Assembly (NCBI GenBank): GCA_023150835.1
Contig: JAKLKB010000005.1
Span: 1 to 64,000, forward strand
DNA from: Myxococcota bacterium
GTDB taxonomy: Bacteria; Myxococcota_C; UBA6777
Length of the DNA: 64,000 nucleotides
Direction of reading: 5' to 3'
Shown: positions 1 through 10,044 of the stretch, piece by piece
How positions within the stretch are numbered: the stretch's first letter is position 1
Layout: every line of letters starts with the position of its first letter
Translations under genes and position numbers: made by a program
The notes under the pieces: model-generated
What the model saw: the letters and a program-made list of their open reading frames with translations, nothing else
What the model was told of the DNA's origin: nothing
Database searches by the model: none

Positions 1-41
1 CACGCTGTATGCACGACGCGCAGACGCTGCCCGTTCCAACT

Positions 42-72
42 TCCCCCCGTTCACGGGGGGATTGAGGGGGGG
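42..72. repeat. Short GC-rich hairpin (REP-like)
   Basis: tccccccgt-tc-acggggggA perfect stem (42-61) followed by ttgaggggggg; intergenic. Confidence 0.45.
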
Positions 73-133
73 CGACAAAAGAAACGGCGATCAGGCTAGA
101 CTATCCGGTGTTTCCACCTTAACAAGGCGCGTA

Positions 134-257
134 TGGGGTGTCACCCCACACCCCACTTCCAAGGGCGCGGCTCCCTTGACCCCGTATCGGCGAAGAGATC
201 ACAGGTTTTTCAACACAACGACCCAGTCGCTTGGGCGTTCGCGAACACGGGGTTTTT
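134..257 (+). repeat. Structured dispersed repeat, family A copy 1
   Basis: tgggg-N-cccca..aaggg-N-cccttgaccccgtatcggcgaagag...gcgaacacggggttttt; homologous to 5 other intergenic copies. Confidence 0.85.
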
Positions 258-369
258 GCCCACAAGTGACGCCTCTTTTCACCGCATCGCCAGCCCTACC
301 CGCTCCCAAACAAACCACCGAGCCGCAAGAACTGCCCACAAACACGGCTCGCTCAAAACAGCGCTGTAA

Positions 370-482
370 TACGAGATCCGCCCGTTGTATGACCGTAAAG
401 ATGTAGGGGCAGCCCCCCGTGGCTGCCCTATTACAGGGCGTCTCAGCACGATCCTTTGCGTACACTTCGCTCGGAGATCGTA
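370..482 (+). mobile_element. 113-bp MITE-like element, family B copy 1
   Basis: Ends tacgagatccg...cggagatcgta; internal GTAGGGGCAG..CTGCCC hairpin; flanks taa/caa. Confidence 0.8.
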
Positions 483-582
483 CAACTCTGTCTGCTGCGC
501 CCACAAAAAACCTTGCAACCATCCCACCCCTGCCGACTCTCTATCCAGCAGAACAAACACACCCCCAACCAAGGAGCACGTC

Positions 583-1185
583 ATGGCACGCGACCTCACC
601 CAACGTTTTAAACGCAACCGCACCACCAAAGAACAAACCGAAACCCAAACAGGCCCCGTCATCGAGATCCGCAACTCCGCACACTTTGAGAAACAAGTCA
701 TCCAAGCCGATATACCCGTGATCGTAGACTTCTGGGCCCCTTGGTGTGGCCCTTGTAAAGCGATGGCTCCGATCTTTGAATCCGTCGCCCAAAAATACCA
801 AGACCAAGTCCGCTTCGTGAAAGTCGATACCGAAGCCAATCCCCGTATATCCGAACAAATGCGTATCCGCTCGATCCCCACACTGATGATCTTTTGGCAA
901 GGCGAAGTCCTTGACGTCAACATCGGCCTCACCCAAGCGGGTGCGCTCGAACGCATGGTCAAAAGCACGCTCAAAACAGCCGCACGCCAAACCACCCCCC
1001 AAACGTCCCAAGAAGCCCAATCATCCGCAACAAACACCGAGGCACCGCAACACACCGAGGCATCGCAACACACCGCAACACCTCAAAGCAACGCAACGCC
1101 CCCTGCATCGGCCACCACCGCCACCCCAAACAGCGGGGGCCTAATTTCCAAGATCAAAGGCTGGTTTGGTAGCCCACAGCCCTAA
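583..1185 (+). CDS. trxA: Thioredoxin with C-terminal low-complexity extension
   Basis: VDFWAPWCGPCK active site, IRSIPT cis-Pro loop; AAGGAG RBS at 571-576 supports ATG 583. Confidence 0.92.
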   Translation: MARDLTQRFKRNRTTKEQTETQTGPVIEIRNSAHFEKQVIQADIPVIVDFWAPWCGPCKAMAPIFESVAQKYQDQVRFVKVDTEANPRISEQMRIRSIPTLMIFWQGEVLDVNIGLTQAGALERMVKSTLKTAARQTTPQTSQEAQSSATNTEAPQHTEASQHTATPQSNATPPASATTATPNSGGLISKIKGWFGSPQP

Positions 1186-1243
1186 CACAACCCCTCCGCT
1201 CCAACCACACACCTCGCCTAAAATGACCCTGATTGAAACGCCG

Positions 1244-2929
1244 CTACTTCGGCTTGTTTGAGCGTAGCATCTTCCGCATCACTCGCCCTGCCATCAAAAA
1301 GGGCTTCTTTTTGTCTCCCACCAGCCACTCCCTCGGCCACCGCAAACCCAACAGATGCGCCATCGTGGGAGCCATGTCCACCACCCGACAACGCCCAAGA
1401 TGCTTGCCTTTGCGCGATATCCCCGCTCCCGAAGCCACCCACATCGCCAACATCTTCGGATGATTCGGCAAGTAGCCATGCGAACCAAAAAAATACGCCA
1501 TCGGTTTGCCCGACACCTTCATCAACACCTTGCGGCGATGACCACGCCGAAAATAACAGTCTGGCTTCGTTAACACCACCAGATCAGGCGCTCCCCGATG
1601 CCATGCGTACGGATCCTCTCGATCGACCCCCTCCACCAACGGCTTCGGAAGACCCATCCGCGAGAACGCATCGGGCGTATACACCGCCTCAATACACTGC
1701 GCATACGACGGATGCTTGAACGCTTTGATCACTCCACTCTGATAACGCTCCCGATACGACGGATGAATGTACACATACGCCGCATGACCATTCTCAAACA
1801 CCATCACGCGCTCTCGACGGCGCTCCCGACGACTCAAGTTCCGATAACGGCTATACTTCGCCTTGATCAACAACAAACGCGGATCCACCGCGTGATGCAC
1901 ATTCAAAAAACCATGATCCGACCCCACAAAGATCGCCGTCTGCCCCAAGATCCCCGCCTTCCGATACGCCTCCAAGACCCGACCCAACAACTGATCGTTC
2001 ACTTGCAATGCCCAACGCGCTGTCCAGCCGTTGCGACCGTACTTGTGGTTCAATACATCGGGCAACACATAATGCAAATACATCAAACGCGGAATCGACG
2101 CCTTCCCTCGCACACGGCCCACCTGCCCTTCTCCCCGCAACAACCGCTCCGTTAGCTCCGTCATCAAGATATCCGCTTCGATCCGTTCCCCATCCATCAC
2201 CCGACCAAACAACGCCTCCAGATGCTTTTGACTTCGCACCTCATCACCACGCATCGACTCCCAATACATCTTCTTTAACAACTGCTGCACCGTCAACGAT
2301 GTGTACCCGTACCACAAGCCCGCGTTGTACATGATCGCAGGCACGTTGTACGTCAGCGTCTGCGCCTTTTGCGTACCCGGCCAATTCAACGCCGCTGTCG
2401 GCCATCCCTTCTCGTGCGCCAGATCGTACACACTCGGCGTCCGCTTCAATCGATCCAACTCCGTAATGTTCTCTTGGTACGGATAGATCAGATCAAAAAA
2501 ACCCTCCAACCAACGATTCCCCAACAAACCATGATGCGATGGGTATTGTCCCGTTGTCATCGACGCATGCGACGCCCACGTCACGCTCGGAAACACCGTC
2601 TCCATCGAACAGCGCATCCCTCCTCGCATCAACCCCCGCAACACCGGCACTTCCCGCGCATACGACTCCAGATCTCCCGCAGAAACACCGTCGATACTCA
2701 CAAACAAACCGTACTTCGCCGCTCCAAAACCTCGGCGTAGTCGCTCAGCAGGCCGCAACGCCCCGATCTGGTAAGGCGCTGGATCTCCCTTCGCCTCTCC
2801 TCCTTTCTTCGCTTCTGCGCCCCACACCCCACAAAATACCACGCTCCACAGCCACCCACCGCAAAACACCGCGCTCCACAGCCCGACACACCACCCACCG
2901 CAGCGCGACCTACTCTTGCGCCTCTCCAT
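1244..2929 (-). CDS. Secreted alkaline phosphatase superfamily protein (type I phosphodiesterase / nucleotide pyrophosphatase)
   Basis: SIDG, FPSVTWASHASMTTG (catalytic Thr), PDVLNHKYG, SDHG and GSHGY metal-binding motifs; N-terminal signal-like segment. Confidence 0.9.
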   Translation of the reverse strand: MERRKSRSRCGGWCVGLWSAVFCGGWLWSVVFCGVWGAEAKKGGEAKGDPAPYQIGALRPAERLRRGFGAAKYGLFVSIDGVSAGDLESYAREVPVLRGLMRGGMRCSMETVFPSVTWASHASMTTGQYPSHHGLLGNRWLEGFFDLIYPYQENITELDRLKRTPSVYDLAHEKGWPTAALNWPGTQKAQTLTYNVPAIMYNAGLWYGYTSLTVQQLLKKMYWESMRGDEVRSQKHLEALFGRVMDGERIEADILMTELTERLLRGEGQVGRVRGKASIPRLMYLHYVLPDVLNHKYGRNGWTARWALQVNDQLLGRVLEAYRKAGILGQTAIFVGSDHGFLNVHHAVDPRLLLIKAKYSRYRNLSRRERRRERVMVFENGHAAYVYIHPSYRERYQSGVIKAFKHPSYAQCIEAVYTPDAFSRMGLPKPLVEGVDREDPYAWHRGAPDLVVLTKPDCYFRRGHRRKVLMKVSGKPMAYFFGSHGYLPNHPKMLAMWVASGAGISRKGKHLGRCRVVDMAPTMAHLLGLRWPREWLVGDKKKPFLMAGRVMRKMLRSNKPK

Positions 2930-2956
2930 CCTTCGCTCCTTCTCCTGCCCAACTCA

Positions 2957-3069
2957 TACGATATCCGGGTGATGTGTACACAAAGGATAGCGCGTAGACG
3001 CCCTATTCTTGGGCAGCCACACCTGTCTGCCCCTACGCCTTTACGATCACACTATGGGCGGATCTCGTA
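2957..3069 (-). mobile_element. 113-bp MITE-like element, family B copy 2
   Basis: tacgatatccg...cggatctcgta terminal inverted repeats flanked on both sides by TCA (2954-2956, 3070-3072). Confidence 0.88.
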
Positions 3070-3139
3070 TCATTCCCCTCCCCAATCTACAACCCACGCG
3101 CCTCTCACGCCAAAAATATGCAGCACTCTCTTTTTTTCA

Positions 3140-3177
3140 TTGACAAATCCATTCTTTTTATTTAGAACATTCGTTCT
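3140..3177 (+). promoter_or_regulatory. Sigma70-like promoter of alkB with overlapping palindromic (TetR-type) operator
   Basis: TTGACA 3140-3145, 17-bp spacer, TAGAAC 3163-3168; palindrome AGAAC-attc-GTTCT 3164-3177. Confidence 0.65.
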
Positions 3178-3328
3178 GTAAAGATACTACAGAAAACAAA
3201 AATGCAAAGACAAAGAATGTAAGAACCAACACAACAAACGAAGGCAAAGAAGGGCTGTTTGGAGCAGAGCAAAGAAAGACGAGATCTGCGTTCCGAAGCC
3301 AGCGCATTTGACCAAAAGGAGCGGCGCG

Positions 3329-4417
3329 ATGAGCAAGATAAAGTATTTGTTGGCATTGATCTTTTTGCCGATGGCGGCGTGGGGGGTGCAGGTTGGGGGT
3401 TGGTGGGCTTATAGCGTGCCGATCGCAGCGTTTGGCGTGATCCCTTTCGTCGAGCTGTTTTTGTCGGGTTCGACGGTGAACATGAACGAAGAAGAAGAAA
3501 CCAAAGCCCTGAGCAACGTGTGGTACGACGTGATGGTGTACTCGATCGTGCCGCTGCATTACGGGCTGGTGTTTTTTTATTTGTGGCGGGTGTCAAAAGG
3601 TGAGATGGGTTGGGCGCATCTGATCGGTGCGACGTGGAGCGTGGGGCTTGCGTGCGGAGCCTACGGGATCAACGTCGGCCACGAACTCGGTCACCGCAAA
3701 AAACTCCACGAACAATGGATGGCACAAGCGTTGTTGTTGACGGCGATGTATATGCACTTTTTCATCGAACACAACCGAGGGCATCACACCCGCGTCGCCA
3801 CCAAAGAAGATCCTGCATCTGCCCGCTATGGCGAGATGCTTTACACTTTTTGGTTTCGCTCGATCTGGCAAGGCTTTTGGTCAGCATGGGAACTCGAAAC
3901 CCATCGTCTTGAAAAGCGCGATCTCCCTTGGTGGAGCCTTCAAAACCAGATGGTGCGCTTTCAATTGATCCAGATCGCTTTTGTGTTGGGGATCTTTTTT
4001 GTGCTGGGTTGGCAAGCCACCCTTGCCTTTTTGACGGTGGCGCTTGTCGGTGTCCTGCTGCTCGAAACCGTCAATTACATCGAACACTACGGACTTGAGC
4101 GTCGCATGCAAGAAAACGGTCGCTACGAACGCCCTCTTCCCATCCATTCTTGGAACTCCGATCACCCGCTTGGACGCATCATCCTTTTTGAACTCACTCG
4201 CCACTCGGATCACCACGCCCACGCCTCGCGACACTACCAAGTCCTCCGTCACTTCGACGAAAGCCCGCAACTCCCCACAGGCTACCCCGGGATGATGATC
4301 CTTGCATTCTTCCCCCCATTATGGTTTTTTGTCATGCGCCGCCACATCGAAAAGCACCGCCAACAACTGTCCGGTGCGCTTCCTACACAGGCTTCCCCTG
4401 AAGCGATCGTGGCCTAG
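3329..4417 (+). CDS. alkB: Alkane 1-monooxygenase (membrane di-iron hydroxylase)
   Basis: His boxes HELGH, EHNRGHH, NYIEHYG, LTRHSDHH and PQLPTGY; AAGGAG RBS before ATG 3329. Confidence 0.93.
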   Translation: MSKIKYLLALIFLPMAAWGVQVGGWWAYSVPIAAFGVIPFVELFLSGSTVNMNEEEETKALSNVWYDVMVYSIVPLHYGLVFFYLWRVSKGEMGWAHLIGATWSVGLACGAYGINVGHELGHRKKLHEQWMAQALLLTAMYMHFFIEHNRGHHTRVATKEDPASARYGEMLYTFWFRSIWQGFWSAWELETHRLEKRDLPWWSLQNQMVRFQLIQIAFVLGIFFVLGWQATLAFLTVALVGVLLLETVNYIEHYGLERRMQENGRYERPLPIHSWNSDHPLGRIILFELTRHSDHHAHASRHYQVLRHFDESPQLPTGYPGMMILAFFPPLWFFVMRRHIEKHRQQLSGALPTQASPEAIVA

Positions 4418-4630
4418 GGGCGAATGATCGCCACAGATCACATATCCCCCTCTCTTCGCCAAAAGCCCCACAACAAACGCCTGAAACACTCTCCCACGTC
4501 TCATGCGCTTGCCTCGATCGGCCTCAACCACCCCCTGCTCGGCAAGGACTCACCGCGAAGATCTCCGATTCTCCCAAACCAGACTCTCCTGTGCTTGCCT
4601 ACGCTTGCCAACCACGAGAAAGACCCTACG

Positions 4631-5230
4631 ATGCCCAAGATTGTGGATCATGATCAACGTCGCGAAGAACTCCTGACCACCAGCTTCGCCCTGTTTGCAC
4701 AACGCGGTTATGCTGCGGTCACCATGCGCGAACTTGCCCGTGAACTCGACGTCTCCACAGGCTTGCTCTATTACTACTTCCCCAACAAAGAAGCTCTCTT
4801 CGAGCAGATGTTCACCTTGATGTCGCGCCGCGATGTCTCCCGCGTCACCGCCGAACTCGACGCCACCATCCCCATCTCCGAAAAACTCAGCATCCTCTTT
4901 AAATACCTCGCCAAAAACGAAAGCCACTTCCAAAACTTGCTCTTGATGGCGCTTGACTTTCACAGGCAAAACGTAGAACACGGAAGAGACCATGTTCTCC
5001 AAGACATTGTGAAGATCTACAGCGACGCCATCGAAGATCGACTCAACCTTCACGGCACCCGTTTCGGCAGTGTGATCTTTAGCTTCCTTTGTGGGATGTT
5101 CTTCCAACGCTACCTCGCCCCCGACATCAGCTCCATCGAAGAACACCGCCTTTTGATCCAACAACTCTTGCAAGGACTGGCGTTCTCTAACCCACCACTG
5201 CCCGACGCAGTCAACCACAAGAGAAATTGA
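4631..5230 (+). CDS. TetR/AcrR family transcriptional regulator
   Basis: LFAQRGYAAVTMRELARELDVSTGLLYYYFPNKEALF HTH signature. Confidence 0.93.
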   Translation: MPKIVDHDQRREELLTTSFALFAQRGYAAVTMRELARELDVSTGLLYYYFPNKEALFEQMFTLMSRRDVSRVTAELDATIPISEKLSILFKYLAKNESHFQNLLLMALDFHRQNVEHGRDHVLQDIVKIYSDAIEDRLNLHGTRFGSVIFSFLCGMFFQRYLAPDISSIEEHRLLIQQLLQGLAFSNPPLPDAVNHKRN

Positions 5231-6123
5231 TGAACGCACCTCAAAACAACCAGACTCCCGTACAACCCGCACAACCCAGTTTTCTTTCTCGGCTCCCTTG
5301 GATCGCAGGCAGCTTCCTTGTTGGCGCTGCGATCACCGTCGTCGTGATGATGATCTCCGGCGATTCCGGTCGTAAAAACCTCACCGATGTCGTGCAAAAA
5401 GGTCTTCAGAGCGGCCTCACCGCCATCATCACCACTCTGTTTACCTACTTCCTCGTCAATCGGCACTTGCGTAAACGTGAGCGCGAATCCGACAACATCA
5501 CCGTCAGCTATCTTGCCGAGATGTTCAGCCGTTTGCGCGACATCACGGGGTACTACAACCCCGAAACCCTCCCCGAAGAAGAAGGCGAACTCAGCGAGAC
5601 CATCGCTTGGCTGCGCGAATACGAATCGACCCCCAAAGAACGCCGCCAAAAGTCCGATCGCGCCGAACTCGAAGATCTGCTCTTCCGTTTGCGCGGCATC
5701 CCTTCTGTTCTCCAAGCCGGGCAAGTCCGCATCAATTTTGTCCGCGATGTCACCGCTCGCATCGAAGCCCTTCTTGGCGTCTGTAGCCCCGTCGTCGCTT
5801 CGGGTATCCCCGACTGCATCGATCAACTAACCTACGATCTGCGCGAAGCCATCGAAGATCTCTCCTACGCCGAACGCGGATACCTCGAACTTGAGCGCAT
5901 CCACCGCTACGCTGGACGACGCAACCTCCCCCAACACGAGATCGCCGATATCCTCGAACGCATCGCCGTTGGCATCACCGCCCTCTACGACGACCTCACG
6001 GAATCCTTTGCGGAATTCAAAAAAGAACCCCTTCCAAACTTCCTTGCCACACTTCCTGCCCACGCTCTCGAATCTTACAACGCCACCATCGAAGGTCTCA
6101 AAAGCGACGAAGAAGCCGCTTAA
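5230..6123 (+). CDS. Hypothetical membrane protein (two N-terminal TM helices, helical C-terminal domain)
   Basis: 298-aa ORF with host codon usage; TGATG overlap with the TetR stop. Confidence 0.8.
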   Translation: MNAPQNNQTPVQPAQPSFLSRLPWIAGSFLVGAAITVVVMMISGDSGRKNLTDVVQKGLQSGLTAIITTLFTYFLVNRHLRKRERESDNITVSYLAEMFSRLRDITGYYNPETLPEEEGELSETIAWLREYESTPKERRQKSDRAELEDLLFRLRGIPSVLQAGQVRINFVRDVTARIEALLGVCSPVVASGIPDCIDQLTYDLREAIEDLSYAERGYLELERIHRYAGRRNLPQHEIADILERIAVGITALYDDLTESFAEFKKEPLPNFLATLPAHALESYNATIEGLKSDEEAA

Positions 6124-6168
6124 CCGCCCCATCCCCCCCCAAAACCGCCATCGCTTACGCAGTTGACC

Positions 6169-6290
6169 AAAAAACCCGTTTTCGCGGCACTTCAAGCGGC
6201 AGGGCTGTTGGTCTGAAACACTTCCGAACTCCCCGCCAATACGGGGTCAAGGGGGCCGCGACCCCTTGCGGGGTTTGGGGTGGAACCCCA
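6169..6290 (-). repeat. Structured dispersed repeat, family A copy 2
   Basis: Reverse complement of the family A core; preceded by partial TIR ttacgcagttg (6155-6165). Confidence 0.85.
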
Positions 6291-6340
6291 AAAAAACACT
6301 CTCAAAAAAACACTCTCCAAAAAAACACTCTCCAAAAAAA
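6291..6340. repeat. 15-bp tandem repeat (AAAAAAACACTCTCC, about 3 copies)
   Basis: Read directly from the sequence upstream of the VWA gene. Confidence 0.8.
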
Positions 6341-6349
6341 CCGACCTCA

Positions 6350-6378
6350 TTGACAATCTTTTTACAAACCGATGACAT
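6350..6378 (+). promoter_or_regulatory. Putative OmpR/PhoB-family binding site: three T(G/T)ACA half-sites at an 11-bp period
   Basis: TGACA 6351, TTACA 6362, TGACA 6373; upstream of the VWA-HK-RR operon. Confidence 0.55.
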
Positions 6379-6473
6379 CCACCTCACCCATGACGGCGCG
6401 ATCTCGGCTACCTCTGATTGCGAGGAAGAGCCTCTTCCTGTACAACCATCTCTCAAAGAGGAAGGAGATCACC

Positions 6474-7817
6474 ATGACCTCGCAACATCCCGTGCTTCGG
6501 CTGTTTGGCTTCTTGTTCTTGGCTTGCTTGGCCTATTGCACCCCGCTTCATGCCGAATCGTCGGCCCCACCGCTACACCTTGATATCGCCGTCAGCCACC
6601 CATACCTCCGCCCCCACGCTCACCAACGCATCTATCTCAAAGTCGGCGTCAAAGGTGGCCCCCTTCCCTCCGCCAAAAAGCGCGCTCCGCTCAATCTTGC
6701 GGTCGTCATCGATCGTTCGGGATCGATGAGCGGAGAACGCATCGCCCGCGCCAAACAAGCGGCTCGGATGCTCGTGTCGATGCTTCAACCCGATGATATC
6801 CTTGCGATCGTCACCTACGAATCGAGCGTCCACGTCCTCGTTCCCGCCACAAAAGTGACGGACAAAGAAGATATCATCCGCAAGATCAACAGCATCCAAG
6901 CCAACGGATTTACTGCCCTGTTTGGTGGCGTCAGCAAAGGACTGGCCGAAGTCCGCAAGTTCCTCCACAAAGATCGTGTCAATCGCGTCATCCTGCTTTC
7001 GGACGGACTCGCCAACGTCGGTCCTCGTTCCCCCAATGCCCTCGGTCGCCTCGGAGAAGCCAGCGCCAAAGAAGGTATCTCCATCACCACCATCGGCATC
7101 GGACTCGGATACAACGAGGATTTGATGACACAACTCGCACGACGCAGTGACGGAAATCACGGGTTTGCCCGTAATGCCAGCGATCTTGATCGCATCTTTC
7201 GCGCAGAACTCGGTGATATCACCACCGTCATCGCACAACAAGTCCATGTCACTATCCGCTGCGCCGCCGGTATCCGACCCATTCGCGTCCTCGACCGCCC
7301 CGCCGAGATCCGTGACAACGTCGTCTTCACCTCCTTTAACCAACTCTACAGCAACCAACACAAATATCTCCTGCTCGAAGTCGAACCGCCCCTCGGAAAT
7401 AGCGAGCAACTCAAAGATATCGCACACGTCGATATCTCCTTCCTCGATATGCAAAGCCGCCAACGCACCCACACCAAGGGCCAAACCGCCTTGCGCTACA
7501 CCCTCGACGAACGCACCATCCAACAACACCTGCGCCGCGATGTCTTGATCGAAGTCCACGAAGCCCTTGGCAACGAAGCCAACCAACGCGCCGTCACCAT
7601 GCGCGACAAAGGCCAGCTTGAAAACGCCCGTAAACTCTTGCTCGAAAATGCCTTGCGCCTCCAACAAATGGCCAAACGGCTCGGCTCCAAACGACTCAAA
7701 CGCTCTAGCGAATCGAATATCCAAGACGCCAAAAACCTCCAAGGCCAACAATGGCAAAATCAACGCAAGGTCATGCGCAAGCGCCAATACCAGATCCAAA
7801 ACCAAACCAACTGGTGA
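6474..7817 (+). CDS. Secreted von Willebrand factor type A (YfbK-like) protein
   Basis: Signal peptide (..PLHA|ES), MIDAS DRSGSM, ILLSDGLAN; AAGGAG RBS before ATG 6474. Confidence 0.9.
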   Translation: MTSQHPVLRLFGFLFLACLAYCTPLHAESSAPPLHLDIAVSHPYLRPHAHQRIYLKVGVKGGPLPSAKKRAPLNLAVVIDRSGSMSGERIARAKQAARMLVSMLQPDDILAIVTYESSVHVLVPATKVTDKEDIIRKINSIQANGFTALFGGVSKGLAEVRKFLHKDRVNRVILLSDGLANVGPRSPNALGRLGEASAKEGISITTIGIGLGYNEDLMTQLARRSDGNHGFARNASDLDRIFRAELGDITTVIAQQVHVTIRCAAGIRPIRVLDRPAEIRDNVVFTSFNQLYSNQHKYLLLEVEPPLGNSEQLKDIAHVDISFLDMQSRQRTHTKGQTALRYTLDERTIQQHLRRDVLIEVHEALGNEANQRAVTMRDKGQLENARKLLLENALRLQQMAKRLGSKRLKRSSESNIQDAKNLQGQQWQNQRKVMRKRQYQIQNQTNW

Positions 7818-7848
7818 TCGAACGGACTTGTCTTGTCGGTTTGTTTGG

Positions 7849-7970
7849 TGGGGTTTCACCCCACGCCCCACAAGGGAGCCCAGCCCCCTTGACCCCATAT
7901 CGGCGAAGAGGTCGATGGTTTTCCAGACGAACGACTCTGTCGCTTCAAGCGGCGCGAACACGGGGTTTTT
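7849..7970 (+). repeat. Structured dispersed repeat, family A copy 3
   Basis: Family A core, followed by TIR-like aaccgcgtaactccta (7975-7990). Confidence 0.85.
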
Positions 7971-8012
7971 AGCCAACCGCGTAACTCCTAGCAAAGAAGC
8001 ACCGAGGAGTCG

Positions 8013-9986
8013 ATGAACCGAACACGCACACTCGCCTTGCTTGCCTTGATCTTGCTTCCGCTGCTTTTGCTCGGATGGCTCGGGCTGCGCGTCGGTTATG
8101 AAGACCAAACCCGCCACCAACAAGACATCTACAACCTCCTACGCGCCCGCCTTGAAGACCATAAAGAGCGCATCCAACAAGCCACCCTCCGCGTCGAACG
8201 ACAACTCCTCCACATCCTCGATACATGGGACGGACAACACACCACCCTCTTCCAATGGCAACGCAACCTGCCGCTTGTTCGCCAATGTTTCTGGCTCGAT
8301 CAAGAAGCCCGACTCCGCTATCCCTCCCCCCTCCGACCCCAAACTCCGCAAGAACGCGACTTCCTCGACCGCACTCGCACTCTCTGGGCAGGAACGGCTG
8401 TTCTTCAACCGCCCAACTCTCCCGAAGATCCGCCCGCACAAGCCCCCTCCCCACTCAACCGTCCACCAACCCGAAACCAGCGCAAAACACAAACACCCGC
8501 GAAACTTCCCGCAAACTCGGCGTATCCAACTCAATCCTTCAACACAGGCAACGCGCAGATTCCAACGAAACCTCCCGAAACCTCGGCATATCCAACTCAA
8601 TCCTTCAACACAGGCAACGTGCAGATTCCAACGAAAACTCCCGCAGCCTCGGCGTATCCAACTCAATCCTTCAACACAGGCAACGCGCAGATTCCAACGA
8701 AACCTCCCGAAACCTCGGCATATCCAAAGCAGACACCCAACAACATCGGTGCGCAAACACGAACCTACCCAGCGAAACGGCCCTCCCACCAAGGCGACAG
8801 CTTGCAGATGTTGGCGCGCACCCACAGACACGGCTGGCTGGTATGGTATTGGGCGGAAGGTTTGCATCTGCTGTTTTGGAAACGCACACCGCAGCAAGAG
8901 ATCGTCGGCGTAGAAGTCGATCGCGTGGTGTTGTTGTCCAATCTCACCGCGCAACTGCCCGACAATACGCGCACCCAAGGCCACCAGATAGGAAGGATGA
9001 TGTTGCTCGATGGGCGCGGAAACATCGTATACCAGTGGGGAAAAGGCATCGCAGCTTACAAGAAACGTCCGCTTGTACAGATCCCTTTGTCCTATCCGCT
9101 ACATTCATGGAGCCTCGCCTACAATGGCCCTGAAGCCACGCAGATCCAAGCCGCCACAGGGCGCTACCTCTATGGCGTGCTGCTCCAATGGTTGGCCGTC
9201 GCCGTCTTGCTCGTACTACTCGGGCTTTACGTCTTTGTCGAGTGGTCTCGTGACACCCGTGAAGCCGCACAGCGCGTCAGTTTTGTCACACAGGTCTCCC
9301 ATGAACTCAAAACCCCCCTCACCAACATCCGCCTGTACGCGGAACTCCTCGAAAACCGCGTCCCCAAAGAAGATCCCCGCGCACAACGGCATATCCGCGT
9401 GATCGTCGAAGAAAGCCAACGCCTCTCCCGCCTGATCCACAACATCCTCACCTTCTCCCGACAACAGCGACAAAAACACTCGCTTCATCCCACTTCTTGC
9501 GATCCAAATGCGATCCTTCAACGCACCCTTGAACAATTCGCCCCAACCTTCGCCACCAAAAACATCGTCATCGAAACCGAAACCTCCGATGCCCCGTTCG
9601 TGTTCGCAGATCCCGATGCCATCGAACAGATCCTTGGGAATCTACTCAACAACGTTGAAAAATACGCAGCAGAGGGCGAATGGCTCGGGATCCGCTTTGT
9701 AAAAGAGGCCCCCGAATTTCTCCGCATCGAGATCCAAGACAACGGCCCCGGCATCCCCGCAACGTTTCGTGAACACATCTTCCATCCCTTTTTCCGCCTG
9801 AGCGGAAAGTTATCGGATGGTGTGACAGGCACAGGGATCGGTCTCACGATCGCCCGCGAACTTGCCCGACAGATGGGCGGCGACCTCCGTCTTCTCCCAC
9901 GCCAACAAGGTGCCTGCTTTGCACTCCTCCTCCCTACCGACAAATCGACCCATCCCAACCGCTGCCCCCTAGCAGCCACAGATTGA
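8013..9986 (+). CDS. Membrane sensor histidine kinase (HisKA + HATPase)
   Basis: Two TM helices, SHELKTPLTNI H-box, NLLNNVEKY N-box, DNGPGI and GTGIGL G-boxes. Confidence 0.95.
   Translation: MNRTRTLALLALILLPLLLLGWLGLRVGYEDQTRHQQDIYNLLRARLEDHKERIQQATLRVERQLLHILDTWDGQHTTLFQWQRNLPLVRQCFWLDQEARLRYPSPLRPQTPQERDFLDRTRTLWAGTAVLQPPNSPEDPPAQAPSPLNRPPTRNQRKTQTPAKLPANSAYPTQSFNTGNAQIPTKPPETSAYPTQSFNTGNVQIPTKTPAASAYPTQSFNTGNAQIPTKPPETSAYPKQTPNNIGAQTRTYPAKRPSHQGDSLQMLARTHRHGWLVWYWAEGLHLLFWKRTPQQEIVGVEVDRVVLLSNLTAQLPDNTRTQGHQIGRMMLLDGRGNIVYQWGKGIAAYKKRPLVQIPLSYPLHSWSLAYNGPEATQIQAATGRYLYGVLLQWLAVAVLLVLLGLYVFVEWSRDTREAAQRVSFVTQVSHELKTPLTNIRLYAELLENRVPKEDPRAQRHIRVIVEESQRLSRLIHNILTFSRQQRQKHSLHPTSCDPNAILQRTLEQFAPTFATKNIVIETETSDAPFVFADPDAIEQILGNLLNNVEKYAAEGEWLGIRFVKEAPEFLRIEIQDNGPGIPATFREHIFHPFFRLSGKLSDGVTGTGIGLTIARELARQMGGDLRLLPRQQGACFALLLPTDKSTHPNRCPLAATD
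8500..8727 (+). repeat. 66-bp in-frame tandem repeat (about 3.5 copies; SAYPTQSFNTGNAQIPTKPPET) in the kinase periplasmic loop
   Basis: ctcggc(g/a)tatccaa recurs at 8516, 8582, 8648, 8714. Confidence 0.92.
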
Positions 9987-10044
9987 CGGCGCAAAAAAAA
10001 CTCGCTACGTTTCGGACGAACACTGAGAACGTGAGGTTTTTTCC

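Noticed and set aside
62-522. Short ORFs over the intergenic repeats (also at 23729-24205, 52418-53245 and 59141-59716)
   Set aside because: They are translations of repeat or MITE sequence (recurring LTPYRR and GQPHLSAP peptides) with no RBS support
385-582. Longer upstream starts in the ORF track (trx 385, TetR 4424, VWA 6372, 17384, 39607, 44127)
   Set aside because: Downstream starts have better RBS or signal-peptide context, and the extensions run through repeats or non-coding-like sequence
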